64,000 nucleotides of DNA, from contig JBEKSC010000008.1 of NCBI GenBank assembly GCA_049517415.1, forward strand, positions 1 to 64,000, given 5' to 3'. The position numbers and the translations under genes are program-made. The notes beneath the pieces were generated by a model. It saw nothing but the letters and a program-made list of their open reading frames with translations, did not search any database and had not been told where the DNA came from. This stretch comes from Candidatus Bathyarchaeia archaeon. Lineage in GTDB: Archaea; Thermoproteota; Bathyarchaeia; 40CM-2-53-6. Positions 20,182 through 29,246 of the stretch are shown here, piece by piece (positions within the stretch are counted from its first letter, which is position 1; each line of letters starts with the position of its first letter).

Positions 20182-20448
20182 ATGAACATGAAGTTGATGG
20201 TTCTTGTTTCTGTTGTTGCTGGTTTGGTGATTACGCTGATCACCGGGTTGGTTGATGTGACGCCTATGCACCTGGTGGGTGCAACTTGGCATGGTTGGCC
20301 GCTCCCTTGGTTCTATGTAATTGTCTACCCAGGCTCACCGATCTCGGTTAATTGGCTCAACTTAATCGGTGATATCATCGTCTGGTTTGTCATAGTCCTC
20401 GCAGTTGCCTTAGTGATTTCGAAATTCAAGAAGACGTCCAAAACTTAG
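20182..20448 (+). CDS. Small two-TM membrane protein
   Basis: MNMKLMVLVSVVAGLVITL...WHGWPLPW...NLIGDIIVWFVIVL; the longer 20011 start would run through repeat C and is unlikely. Confidence 0.7.
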   Translation: MNMKLMVLVSVVAGLVITLITGLVDVTPMHLVGATWHGWPLPWFYVIVYPGSPISVNWLNLIGDIIVWFVIVLAVALVISKFKKTSKT

Positions 20449-20549
20449 GATGCATTCGAGGTAACGATCGGAATCCGCTGAGCCCATGGCACAATTCGTC
20501 CCGAGAAGGGTGAGGCTCAGAGAGGGGGGCAGGGGATTCTGACCCCAAT

Positions 20550-20741
20550 TTAGCGGTACACATAGCCTTGCAGTGAAGCAACGGAACAATGCGAGTTCAA
20601 ATTCCGATGCTCGTACCAGAAGGCGGCCCCTCCATCTGAGGTCAGGTCGCCCACTAAAGCCACAACATCCGGTCGAATTCTATCTACCCGTTCTTCGTAT
20701 CCTTCCCATTTCACAACATCAGAGAAGGCAAGTATCTTCAT
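20550..20741 (-). pseudogene. Truncated metallophosphoesterase (N-terminal motifs only)
   Basis: MKILAFSD...RPDVVALVGDLT then sequence degenerates and stops; no GNHD or later motifs. Confidence 0.65.
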
Positions 20742-20749
20742 CGAGCCCA

Positions 20750-21964
20750 CTAGGTCCAACCGCCAAGCTTCGTCATGACGGGTTTGTAGATGGTGAATTG
20801 GTCTTTACAGGCGTTCTTGCGCAAATATTGAAGGGTGCTCTTTCCAATCCCAAGGCGTCTTGCCTTGGAGCCGGTCAGTGCAAGAATCCTAGCTCGCACT
20901 TCTCGGTCATCACTCCTCTGCAGCCTCGGAGCGGGTTCTGCAAAATCAAGCGTGAGTGATTTCTCGAGTAGAAATCGGCCCAGCTCGTTGGTCTTCTGCT
21001 CAATAACAGTATCCCATTTCAGAACTCGGTGTTTGCATGCTACGCCAGCGTTGAATCGCTCACGAATGAGATCGATGAAGCGCTGCTTCGCTTCAACCTC
21101 GAAACGGTATCGGTAATCGTCCCCTGTGAAGTAGAAGTCGGATAGGTTCAAGGCTTCAGACTGGAATGCCGCGATGACCGAAATGTCAGATAGCCACCTG
21201 AACGGCTCCTGTAAATCATACACTAAAGACTGCTTTGTCTGATAGTCGCTGACATCATGAAAGAAACCGACCGAGGGTTCCAGGCCGACCGCGTTTATTG
21301 CTCGTCGACATTCACCCTCTAGGAAACCATAACCGTAGTTTAGGGCCAAGTTCACGGGATCTGAGGCGTTGTTCTGGTGGCTTGAAGTCATTCGCTCTTG
21401 GAAATCCAAGTGCTCGGGCATCACTTTCCCGAATGCTTCCCAGTATCTCCTAGCTACACGTCCTTCGACAGTTCGTAGGTCTGGCACTGTGGAGGCTCTT
21501 CTGAGCTTTGATGCCTCAAGCTTCGTTACTTGAATCTCCCTAGGAATATCATACCGCTCGGCCAACCAATCAAGAACTTGCAGACTCCTCTCAATTTTCG
21601 CTTGAACGAGCGCTCTGGCTATGCTGAACTTCTTCTTCGGATCGTTCGCAGCTAGAATTTGTGCAGCCCGCAGATCGGCCTTAACAGGCATTGGAGGCAG
21701 AACACTAGAAATCAGACTTCCATCGAAGTTCATGATGAAGACAGGAACCTTATGCTTCGACAGCCAGTGAAACGCTTGGAGAGAAATGTACCCACTGTGC
21801 CCATCGATGATGATGGTGCCGTAAGGGAAACGTCGCGGACGAAAACGGTGCGTAGATTCTGCTCTGTCATCTTCTCGCCAGTTGATGACCTCAAGTTCAG
21901 ATCTTGACTTGAGACTGTTAACGCGGATCTTGGCGCCCCAACCGGATAGATGAAGCGGATTCAA
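20750..21964 (-). CDS. cas1: Solo Cas1 of casposase type with C-terminal HTH
   Basis: MNPLHLSGWG, IIIDGHSGYISLQAFHWL, catalytic EGRVARRYW / GFFHD / LVYDLQEPFR, ASDPVNLALNYGY, C-terminal ARRLGIGKSTLQY HTH. Confidence 0.92.
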   Translation of the reverse strand: MNPLHLSGWGAKIRVNSLKSRSELEVINWREDDRAESTHRFRPRRFPYGTIIIDGHSGYISLQAFHWLSKHKVPVFIMNFDGSLISSVLPPMPVKADLRAAQILAANDPKKKFSIARALVQAKIERSLQVLDWLAERYDIPREIQVTKLEASKLRRASTVPDLRTVEGRVARRYWEAFGKVMPEHLDFQERMTSSHQNNASDPVNLALNYGYGFLEGECRRAINAVGLEPSVGFFHDVSDYQTKQSLVYDLQEPFRWLSDISVIAAFQSEALNLSDFYFTGDDYRYRFEVEAKQRFIDLIRERFNAGVACKHRVLKWDTVIEQKTNELGRFLLEKSLTLDFAEPAPRLQRSDDREVRARILALTGSKARRLGIGKSTLQYLRKNACKDQFTIYKPVMTKLGGWT

Positions 21965-21966
21965 AC

Positions 21967-22413
21967 CTAATGCCCTCCCTGTCTACTTTCATATTCCTTG
22001 AGCTTCTGGTCGGCCAACTTGCCTGCTTCCTTCAATCGTTGTATCTCTCTTTCAGTAGGCCTTGATCTCGTCTTTGTGTTTGCACGGGCCACTATTGATT
22101 GCCAGCGTTCGTTGAGATATCCTACAGCGAAGCTTTCGCCTACAGGACTTGTAAGGAATTCAACGAATTTATCGGGATCGACTGCGAATGCCAACACTAT
22201 TAATCCGTAGTTGCTGAAGCAAGATTTCCAACCTTTTTTCAACTGTTCAGCATCGAGCCAGTTCCTTTTCGCTGAGAACATACTCTCAGCGAGGAAAGCC
22301 GTATACCGGGTTGAGGACCAGTGGGTCAATGCATACTTTAGGTACAGCGACCTTTCGTTAACCATTGTCAATCTAGAGTACGGTCTCATTGCAGTTGACT
22401 CAGGAGTCCTCAT
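21967..22413 (-). CDS. Hypothetical protein directly upstream of cas1
   Basis: 148-aa ORF ending 2 nt before the cas1 start, suggesting translational coupling; no recognised motif. Confidence 0.5.
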   Translation of the reverse strand: MRTPESTAMRPYSRLTMVNERSLYLKYALTHWSSTRYTAFLAESMFSAKRNWLDAEQLKKGWKSCFSNYGLIVLAFAVDPDKFVEFLTSPVGESFAVGYLNERWQSIVARANTKTRSRPTEREIQRLKEAGKLADQKLKEYESRQGGH

Positions 22414-22744
22414 GCTATCACATGGCGATCCAATATCTTCGATGCTGAATAGCGCGTTCTTGCATCGAGTAATGAACTATCTCGCTGACTGGTCACCGTT
22501 CAAAACAAACAGTTATCCAAACGATGGTCTGAAACTGTACTCCGAGACAGGGAAAATGCTTAACGCCATTTTTGTGAGAGTTGCGGATGGCAAGACCTGG
22601 CACATTGCCTTTCATCTCAAGCCGGAAACGTCAACCGACGCGATCAAACCTGACATGGTCAAGCTACTCTCAATGCTAGCATCTTTAGGTTTGGTGAAGA
22701 ACCCTGTTGTGAGAGAACGAGTGGGTAAGAAACCTTGGATATGA
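22412..22744 (+). CDS. Hypothetical protein (3' part of ORF 22211..22744)
   Basis: Open frame; ATG at 22412 avoids overlap with the minus-strand ORF; no recognised motif. Confidence 0.35.
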   Translation: MLSHGDPISSMLNSAFLHRVMNYLADWSPFKTNSYPNDGLKLYSETGKMLNAIFVRVADGKTWHIAFHLKPETSTDAIKPDMVKLLSMLASLGLVKNPVVRERVGKKPWI

Positions 22745-22852
22745 TATTAGTGATAGACAGACTGAACAAGTGTGAGAGACCGTTCTCCGAACGAGAATGA
22801 ACCATCTCCAATTTTCTCCTCGACACACAAAGCGACGCTGCCAGAATTAGAT

Positions 22853-22948
22853 TCGGTCGTCCGTCTAGTGTGTGTGCGCACCATTAGACCCACACCCTTT
22901 CTAACGACGCTGGTCCAAATTACGACTCTCGCAAGCACTAGGTCCACA
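22853..22948. repeat. Dispersed repeat family copy D (inverted partner of C, about 1.5 units)
   Basis: ...agtgtgtgtgcgcaccattagacccacaccctttctaacgacgctggtccaaattacgactctcgcaagcactaggtccaca. Confidence 0.8.
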
Positions 22949-23168
22949 ATGAAGGAAAACGCGATAGTTGGACAGTTGAAATCACAGATAACGCAAATGG
23001 CGACTGCCAACTCTACAGGAGGCTGATTGGAATAATTTGATTGGATTGACGAAGAGTCTTACTTCTTCGCCGATTGCTTAGCGTAGGCCGCCAAACCACC
23101 ATCCGACACGCCATAATACTTAACCATTTGACTAAGCTTTTGCCATAAAGCTTTGCCAATTCAAAGCG

Positions 23169-24071
23169 GTGCAGAATTTCTTGGAAAATCTAACCTTTCA
23201 CACCTCAAAGATTGATAATTTCTCAGGCTTTTCAAAACCATTAGACGAGGCGCGCTACGTGGTGGTAGGTGTCCCATACGATCACACAAGTACATATCGA
23301 GCGGGGTCACGTTTCGCCCCACGAACAATTCGCGATGCATCATTGAACATTGAGACCTATAGCCTCCGAACGGCAATCGACATCGAAAACGTTCCAATAC
23401 ACGATGCAGGAGACCTGCATATAGTCGATAATGCTTCTGAAACACTCGACAGGCTAAAAGGGGTTACAAAGGACATTCTAGCCCTTGGGAAGATGCCAGT
23501 CATCATCGGCGGAGAGCACACAATCACTCAAGCTCCAGTCCGTAGCCTTCCGCACCCTGTCGGGGTTGTTAGTTTTGATGCCCACGGCGACCTGAGGGAT
23601 GAATATGGTGGCGGAAAATTATCCCACGCCACAGTCTTGAGGCGCATTACCGAGATTGTTGGGACGGATAGCGTTTTCGTATGCGGTCTGCGAGCCCTAT
23701 GCAAAGAAGAGGTAGATTTTATTGAACTAGGGAAAGTCCAGACGATGACGCCATGGGAAATTAGGGAGAAAGGCTTAGCCAAGGCGACGGAACGCATCAA
23801 AGCCTTTGCTCAAAAGTTCAAACACACATACCTTACCATAGATACTGATGTCTTAGACCCAGCCTTTGCACCCGGGGTCGCAAACCCTGAATTCGATGGC
23901 TTAACGCCTCAGGAACTCCTGACACTAGCCACCGCTGTGGTTGACGAAAAAATGGTCGGCTTCGACCTCGTGGAGGTATGTCCAAACTATGATACCGGCG
24001 TCACTTCCGTAGCTGCCGCCCGTCTTATCTTCGAAGTTATCGCCAAAGCAGAGAAATCGAGACAGCACTAA
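23169..24071 (+). CDS. speB: Agmatinase (ureohydrolase family)
   Basis: GVPYD, GGEHTIT, FDAHGDL, TIDTDVLDPAFAPG, DLVEVCP. Confidence 0.93.
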   Translation: MQNFLENLTFHTSKIDNFSGFSKPLDEARYVVVGVPYDHTSTYRAGSRFAPRTIRDASLNIETYSLRTAIDIENVPIHDAGDLHIVDNASETLDRLKGVTKDILALGKMPVIIGGEHTITQAPVRSLPHPVGVVSFDAHGDLRDEYGGGKLSHATVLRRITEIVGTDSVFVCGLRALCKEEVDFIELGKVQTMTPWEIREKGLAKATERIKAFAQKFKHTYLTIDTDVLDPAFAPGVANPEFDGLTPQELLTLATAVVDEKMVGFDLVEVCPNYDTGVTSVAAARLIFEVIAKAEKSRQH

Positions 24072-25384
24072 TCGATTCTTTGTAATTTCGCTATGAAGTA
24101 CCCATTGCATTCGTGTATGTGAGGGTAGAACCTCTGGCAGAGATCAAATCCCCTTAACCCAATGGAACCCAAGAACGGCACTTGCCGGACTACTTTGAAG
24201 TCTGGATTTTTCTTTAGAAATTCTTCGATTATACATTCATTCTCTTCTGGCAGGATGCTGCAAGTACAATAGGCGAGGGTTCCGTTAGGCTTGACGTAAT
24301 CCGATGCGTTCTGAATGATGGAGTATTGCCTCAATCCGTACTCACTTACGCGCGTGGGCGTGAGCTTCCATTTTCCGGCGGGGCTCCTTGCAAAAACTCC
24401 GCTGTTTGAGCATGGTGGGTCAACGATGACAACATCCGCGCTAGTCTTCAGGGGAAGCCTTCTCGCGTCAGCGCGGATGGGTCTTGCAATCTCGCATCCG
24501 CACCGCGCCATTTCCTTCTTCCAATACGCGAGTCTGCGGCCTGAAAGGTCGACCGAATAGATTTCGCCTCTATTCTGCATCTGGGCAGCTGCGTGGGTGG
24601 TTTTGTTCCCAGGTGCAGCGCATATGTCTATTACGATTTGCCCAGGCTTTGGGGAAGCGACGAGGCCGGCTGTAATGCTCGCCAAATCTTGCACAACTAC
24701 GTCACCTGATTTGATGATCCGGGACGGCTGACCTTTCATCCCCAAACGAAAGACGCCATCGACGCCTTCGACCTTCAAGCCTCCTAACTCTGCCGTCATT
24801 TCCGCTTGACTAACGGGCTTCAGTAAGTTTAGTCGGACGTAGGTAGGCATGGCATGCAAGTCCCGGCGCAGAATTCGGAGTGCAAAGCTTCTTCCAAAAA
24901 CATTCACTAGCCGTTCGACGAACCAAACAGGATGGCAGGTTTCCAGAGAAAGCCTTTCGAATTCAGGCAAGGGATCCTTGGTAACTTTTCTTCCCGCAAC
25001 GATTAGGGCGATTTGTTCCTCATGGATGCGGAGTTCCTTCCAACCTAAAATTTGCCGGGCCAATTCCACGTGACGTTCCAGATCGCTTTGGCGCGTCCCA
25101 TCAACATACTTGAGGTATGCGATAATTTTCAGGAAGCTCCTTATCCCGTGCGGAGTCCTCTCGATTTCATCCTTGGAGACTACTTGTGAAATCATATGGT
25201 CAATTCGGTTTTGGAAACGAGTTGTTTCCATGATGAGTCGGTACGCTTGGCGGAGTTCATTCGCTTCCTTTACGTCCATCTGGTCAGCGGCCTTGAATAG
25301 GGCGGTTCTCTCTCCGGTGCCTGCGTAAGCCATCCAGCTCAGGGCTTCAATGGCTACTGCGAGGGAATTCTTCATCAAGGCCAT
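24068..25384 (-). CDS. RsmB/NOP2-family RNA m5C methyltransferase
   Basis: QDLAS, DICAAPGNKT, VDPPCS, YCTCSILPEENE. Confidence 0.92.
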   Translation of the reverse strand: MALMKNSLAVAIEALSWMAYAGTGERTALFKAADQMDVKEANELRQAYRLIMETTRFQNRIDHMISQVVSKDEIERTPHGIRSFLKIIAYLKYVDGTRQSDLERHVELARQILGWKELRIHEEQIALIVAGRKVTKDPLPEFERLSLETCHPVWFVERLVNVFGRSFALRILRRDLHAMPTYVRLNLLKPVSQAEMTAELGGLKVEGVDGVFRLGMKGQPSRIIKSGDVVVQDLASITAGLVASPKPGQIVIDICAAPGNKTTHAAAQMQNRGEIYSVDLSGRRLAYWKKEMARCGCEIARPIRADARRLPLKTSADVVIVDPPCSNSGVFARSPAGKWKLTPTRVSEYGLRQYSIIQNASDYVKPNGTLAYCTCSILPEENECIIEEFLKKNPDFKVVRQVPFLGSIGLRGFDLCQRFYPHIHECNGYFIAKLQRID

Positions 25385-25806
25385 ACAACCCCATTATCGC
25401 TAGTTTAACAGGCAATTATTTAGTGCGAGCTTCGCCATTCCGTTACGATACTGTCCGCTCAATATGTTGCATAATGCGCCGCCGACGATGTTGTAGGTTT
25501 GTTCAAACAACCTCGCCAGCAGGCTCGACAAGAATACTCGTCCACATTACGGGAAAGTAGAGAACAGACACGGTCAGATTCGATAGCGCAAACGGCACTT
25601 GGCTCAGAGCTGGTTTTGGTCCGGGACGTGTGTGACGGAAAATCTGATAGAAAATGTAAGAGTATATAAAGGGAACGCACTTGCCCAGTTTCGGGACTAG
25701 ACCCTAGATGTCTTCCTATCTAAAATACGCGTCCAAACCGGGTTTTCTGGTAGATCAACAGCTCATAACTTCTGATAATGACACTGACGAAACAGAGGTC
25801 TAGCCT

Positions 25807-28416
25807 ATGTCGAAAACACTTGAAAGCTACTTTACGGAAAAGCGCGAGGAGATCAAACTGGCCCCGAGGCCTCTGGTCAAGCGGCAGAGCCTAGTCTTCT
25901 ATCCGGCAATGCCAGCGTCAATCCCTCCATCATACTTGGTCTCCATAGGGTATGACGGGGATCTCAAGAAATGTTTTCTGCGTCTCTACGAACCTAAGTC
26001 GCATAAAATCTATTTTTGGTTTGACGACTCGGGTCACAAACCCTACTGTTACAGCAAGCAGTCGGTCGGGGAGCTTCAGAGAGTGGAGGCGGTAGCGAGG
26101 AACCCTGGGTTCGACCATTTCGAGGAGGAAACGAAGTTTGACGCGCTTCGGAGTGAGCAAGTTAAAGTGACGAAGATCGTCGCCAAAGACCCACTGACAA
26201 TCGGTGGAAAACCTACCGGTTCAATGCGCGACGCCATAACCGCATGGGAAGCTGACATAAAGTACGTCGAGAATTTCATCTATGACCGCGGGCTCGAACC
26301 TGGCATGATGTACGAGTTTAAAGACAAACAGTTGGCCGCGGTGAAATACGAACTACCGGAAGAAGCAGCGATGGAAATTGACAGTCTCTTCCGGGATGAA
26401 TCTCAAGAGTACCAAGGCCTAGCAAGAGAATGGATGCGGCTCCTTGAGTGCCCCGTACCAGAGTACAGGAGGGCGGCCGTAGACATTGAAGTTTTTCAGG
26501 CCGTAGAGTCACGTATTCCCGATCCAGAATTATCGGAACATCCAGTAATTTGTGCAAGCCTAGTCGGATCCGATGGTGCCAAACGCGTACTCCTCTTACG
26601 ACGAGAAGGGACTCCTGAGGGTCAGGCTTCGTTACCAACTGGCGTCGAATCGGAATTCTATGACACCGAGGAAGAATTGTTAATCGCTCTATTCCAAGCT
26701 TTCCTGGATTATCCGATAGTAGTCACATTCAACGGTGACGATTTTGACCTGAAATACCTCTACCACCGCGCTCAAAGGTTGGGTTTTAGAAATGAAGAAA
26801 TTCCAATCGAGTTAGGCCGCGATGTCGCCTTTCTCAAGTATGGTGTCCATGTAGACCTCTACAAGTTCTTCTTCAACAGGTCTATCCAAATTTACGCGTT
26901 CGGCCAGAAGTACCGGGAGAACACGCTGGACGCTGTCGGCGCGGCGCTAATCGGCACTCCAAAGGTCGAAATAGAATCAGTCTCGAAAGCATCCTACAGG
27001 CAATTGGCCGCCTACTGCTATCGTGACTCCGAAATTGTCCTCAACCTGACTTCTTTCAACGAAGATTTGGTCATGAAGTTGATGACGGCGATATCACGAA
27101 TCAGCTACATGACGCTGGACGATGTCTCAAGACAGGGAGTGTCGGGTTGGATTCGAAGCATACTGTTCTGTCACCACCGCAAACGAGGATACTTGATTCC
27201 TAGGAGAGACGAGATTCTGGAGGTCAAAGGCCAAACTGCTACGGAAGCTGTGATTAAGGGCAAGAAGTACAAGGGCGCAATAGTTGTTGAACCTAAACCA
27301 GGCGTCCATTTCAACGTCGCAGTCCTCGACTTTGCATCACTGTACCCTTCTATCATCAAGGTCTGGAACCTCGGCTACGAGACAGTTCGCTGTCCACACG
27401 TGGACGAGGCTTGCAGGAAGAACCTAATCCCAGGAACGCCCCACTGGGTCTGCAAAAAGAAGCGGGGACTTGAAAGCCTGCTGATTGGTTCGCTTAGGGA
27501 CCTGCGAGTTGGCAGGTACAAGGTCAAGTCGAAAGACCGTTCCTTACCACCGAACATGAAGAGTTGGTACAAAGTCGTATCCGATGCGCTGAAGGTGGTA
27601 CTAAATGCCTCCTACGGTGTCTTCGGTGCGGATAATTTTGCGTTGTATTGTCCGCCTGTCGCCGAGGCCACTGCCGCAATAGGCAGGCACGTTATAACTC
27701 AAGCATTGCAGAAAGCGCAGGAACTTAATTTGGAAGTCTTCTACGGTGACACGGATTCCATATTTCTTCAAGGCCAGGATAAAGTCTCGCTTAACAAGCT
27801 CATCGAATGGTCTACCAGCCAGCTCAGGATGGAGTTGGAAATCGACAAGAACTATCGTTACCTTGCCCTTAGTTCAAGGAAGAAGAACTACTTCGGCGTC
27901 CTGCCCGATGGAAGCGTAGACATCAAGGGATTGACAGGGAAAAAGCGGCATATTCCAGAGTTCTTGCACGGCGCCTTTTACGAAATGGTTTCGGCCCTGG
28001 CCGAAGTCAAATCGCCGGAAGACATCGACATTGCGAAAGCGAAAACAATTGATATCGTGAAACGCAGTTACGTGAGACTGCGGAACAGGGAATACACGCT
28101 CCAGGAACTAGCCTTTTCAATGATGATGAGCAGAACCCCGGAAAATTACACAAAAACGACCCCGCAGCACGTGAAAGCGGCCAAGCAATTACAAGAAGCC
28201 GGCGCAGAAATGAAACCAGGCGATATTATATCCTTTGTCAAGGTACGGGGCGAGCCCGGAGTTAAGCCTGTGCAACTTGCTAGGCTAGAAGACGTAGACA
28301 CTGAGAAATACATCGAATATATCCGGGGCACATTCGAGCAGGTACTTGACGCTTTAGGAGTCGAATTCGAAGATTTGGCTGGCGTAAAGAAACTGGAATC
28401 CTTCTTCAATGGGTAA
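25807..28416 (+). CDS. polB: Family B DNA polymerase (cellular PolB1 type)
   Basis: Exo DIEV, FNGDDFD, YCYRD; pol DFASLYPSII, KVVLNASYG, YGDTDS, KKNYFG, KGLTGKK. Confidence 0.96.
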   Translation: MSKTLESYFTEKREEIKLAPRPLVKRQSLVFYPAMPASIPPSYLVSIGYDGDLKKCFLRLYEPKSHKIYFWFDDSGHKPYCYSKQSVGELQRVEAVARNPGFDHFEEETKFDALRSEQVKVTKIVAKDPLTIGGKPTGSMRDAITAWEADIKYVENFIYDRGLEPGMMYEFKDKQLAAVKYELPEEAAMEIDSLFRDESQEYQGLAREWMRLLECPVPEYRRAAVDIEVFQAVESRIPDPELSEHPVICASLVGSDGAKRVLLLRREGTPEGQASLPTGVESEFYDTEEELLIALFQAFLDYPIVVTFNGDDFDLKYLYHRAQRLGFRNEEIPIELGRDVAFLKYGVHVDLYKFFFNRSIQIYAFGQKYRENTLDAVGAALIGTPKVEIESVSKASYRQLAAYCYRDSEIVLNLTSFNEDLVMKLMTAISRISYMTLDDVSRQGVSGWIRSILFCHHRKRGYLIPRRDEILEVKGQTATEAVIKGKKYKGAIVVEPKPGVHFNVAVLDFASLYPSIIKVWNLGYETVRCPHVDEACRKNLIPGTPHWVCKKKRGLESLLIGSLRDLRVGRYKVKSKDRSLPPNMKSWYKVVSDALKVVLNASYGVFGADNFALYCPPVAEATAAIGRHVITQALQKAQELNLEVFYGDTDSIFLQGQDKVSLNKLIEWSTSQLRMELEIDKNYRYLALSSRKKNYFGVLPDGSVDIKGLTGKKRHIPEFLHGAFYEMVSALAEVKSPEDIDIAKAKTIDIVKRSYVRLRNREYTLQELAFSMMMSRTPENYTKTTPQHVKAAKQLQEAGAEMKPGDIISFVKVRGEPGVKPVQLARLEDVDTEKYIEYIRGTFEQVLDALGVEFEDLAGVKKLESFFNG

Positions 28417-28422
28417 ATAAAA

Positions 28423-29169
28423 TTGATTCAGATAATTGGGCTAAGAAAGATTCCGCTCACCAAACGCGGGGACAATATAGCCGATCAGATCGTTAACGCA
28501 GCCAGAGAGGAAGGCGCTCAAATCTCAAATAACGACATTTTGGTAATCGCGCAGAAAATCGTGTCCAAAGCCGAGGGAGGCGTTGTAGATTTGAAAAAGG
28601 TCAAGCCTACGGAAAAAGCGGAGGAACTCTCCAAGGCCTGCGGCAAGGATCCTAGACACGTAGAAACAATTCTGAGAGAAAGCGCGAAAATCGTGCGGCA
28701 GAATGGCCCTCATATCATCGTGCAAACTCGCCATGGTTTCGTGTGTGCGAACGCGGGTGTCGACAGGTCGAATGTTGAAGATCCTGACTCAGTAGTTGTG
28801 CTCCCAGTTGACCCTGACGGATCAGCACGCAAAATAAGGGAACGAATCAGAGAACTCACCGGCCGAGACGTGGCTGTTATCATCTCCGACACGTTCGGGC
28901 GCGCCTGGCGAAATGGGCAAGTAAATGTAGCGATAGGCGTGGATGGATTACGGCCTATAATTGATTACCGCGGATCCAAAGACATGTTCGGCTATGTTCT
29001 TAATGTAACCCAAATGGCCGTGGCGGATGAACTGGCTTCGGCCGCCGAATTGGTGATGAAGAAAAGAGATGGCGTTCCGGTTGCAATCATAAAGGGCGTC
29101 GATTACGCACACGGCAAGGGCTCAGTTCGTGAGCTCATACGGCCCGAGGAAGAGGACCTGTTTCGGTAA
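28423..29169 (+). CDS. cofE: Coenzyme F420-0:L-glutamate ligase
   Basis: AQKIVSKAEG, CANAGVDRSN, SDTFGRAWRNG, ADELASAA, C-terminal DLFR. Confidence 0.92.
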   Translation: MIQIIGLRKIPLTKRGDNIADQIVNAAREEGAQISNNDILVIAQKIVSKAEGGVVDLKKVKPTEKAEELSKACGKDPRHVETILRESAKIVRQNGPHIIVQTRHGFVCANAGVDRSNVEDPDSVVVLPVDPDGSARKIRERIRELTGRDVAVIISDTFGRAWRNGQVNVAIGVDGLRPIIDYRGSKDMFGYVLNVTQMAVADELASAAELVMKKRDGVPVAIIKGVDYAHGKGSVRELIRPEEEDLFR

Positions 29170-29246
29170 TTCACGGCTATCCAATAGGCTTTGGGAACGA
29201 CCATTCGCAAGCTTAATTATTCCTAGACCTTTGTGTAGCTGAAACG

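Noticed and set aside
20522..20548. tRNA gene or tRNA 3' remnant on the minus strand (ggggtcagaatcccctgcccccc)
   Set aside because: The loop deviates from TTCRA, there is no CCA or 5' half, and no cloverleaf can be built; no inverted partner was found on the other side of cas1
22747..23026. ORFs 22747..23010 and 22772..23026
   Set aside because: Both read through repeat D and lack protein-like features; probably spurious
17223..23168. Canonical CRISPR array near cas1
   Set aside because: No regularly spaced near-identical 25-45 bp repeats with short spacers; the repeats found are degenerate and kilobases apart
25807..28416. PolB as the polymerase of a casposon together with cas1
   Set aside because: It has cellular PolB1-type features, runs directly into cofE, and is separated from cas1 by the housekeeping genes speB and the m5C methyltransferase, outside the inverted repeats
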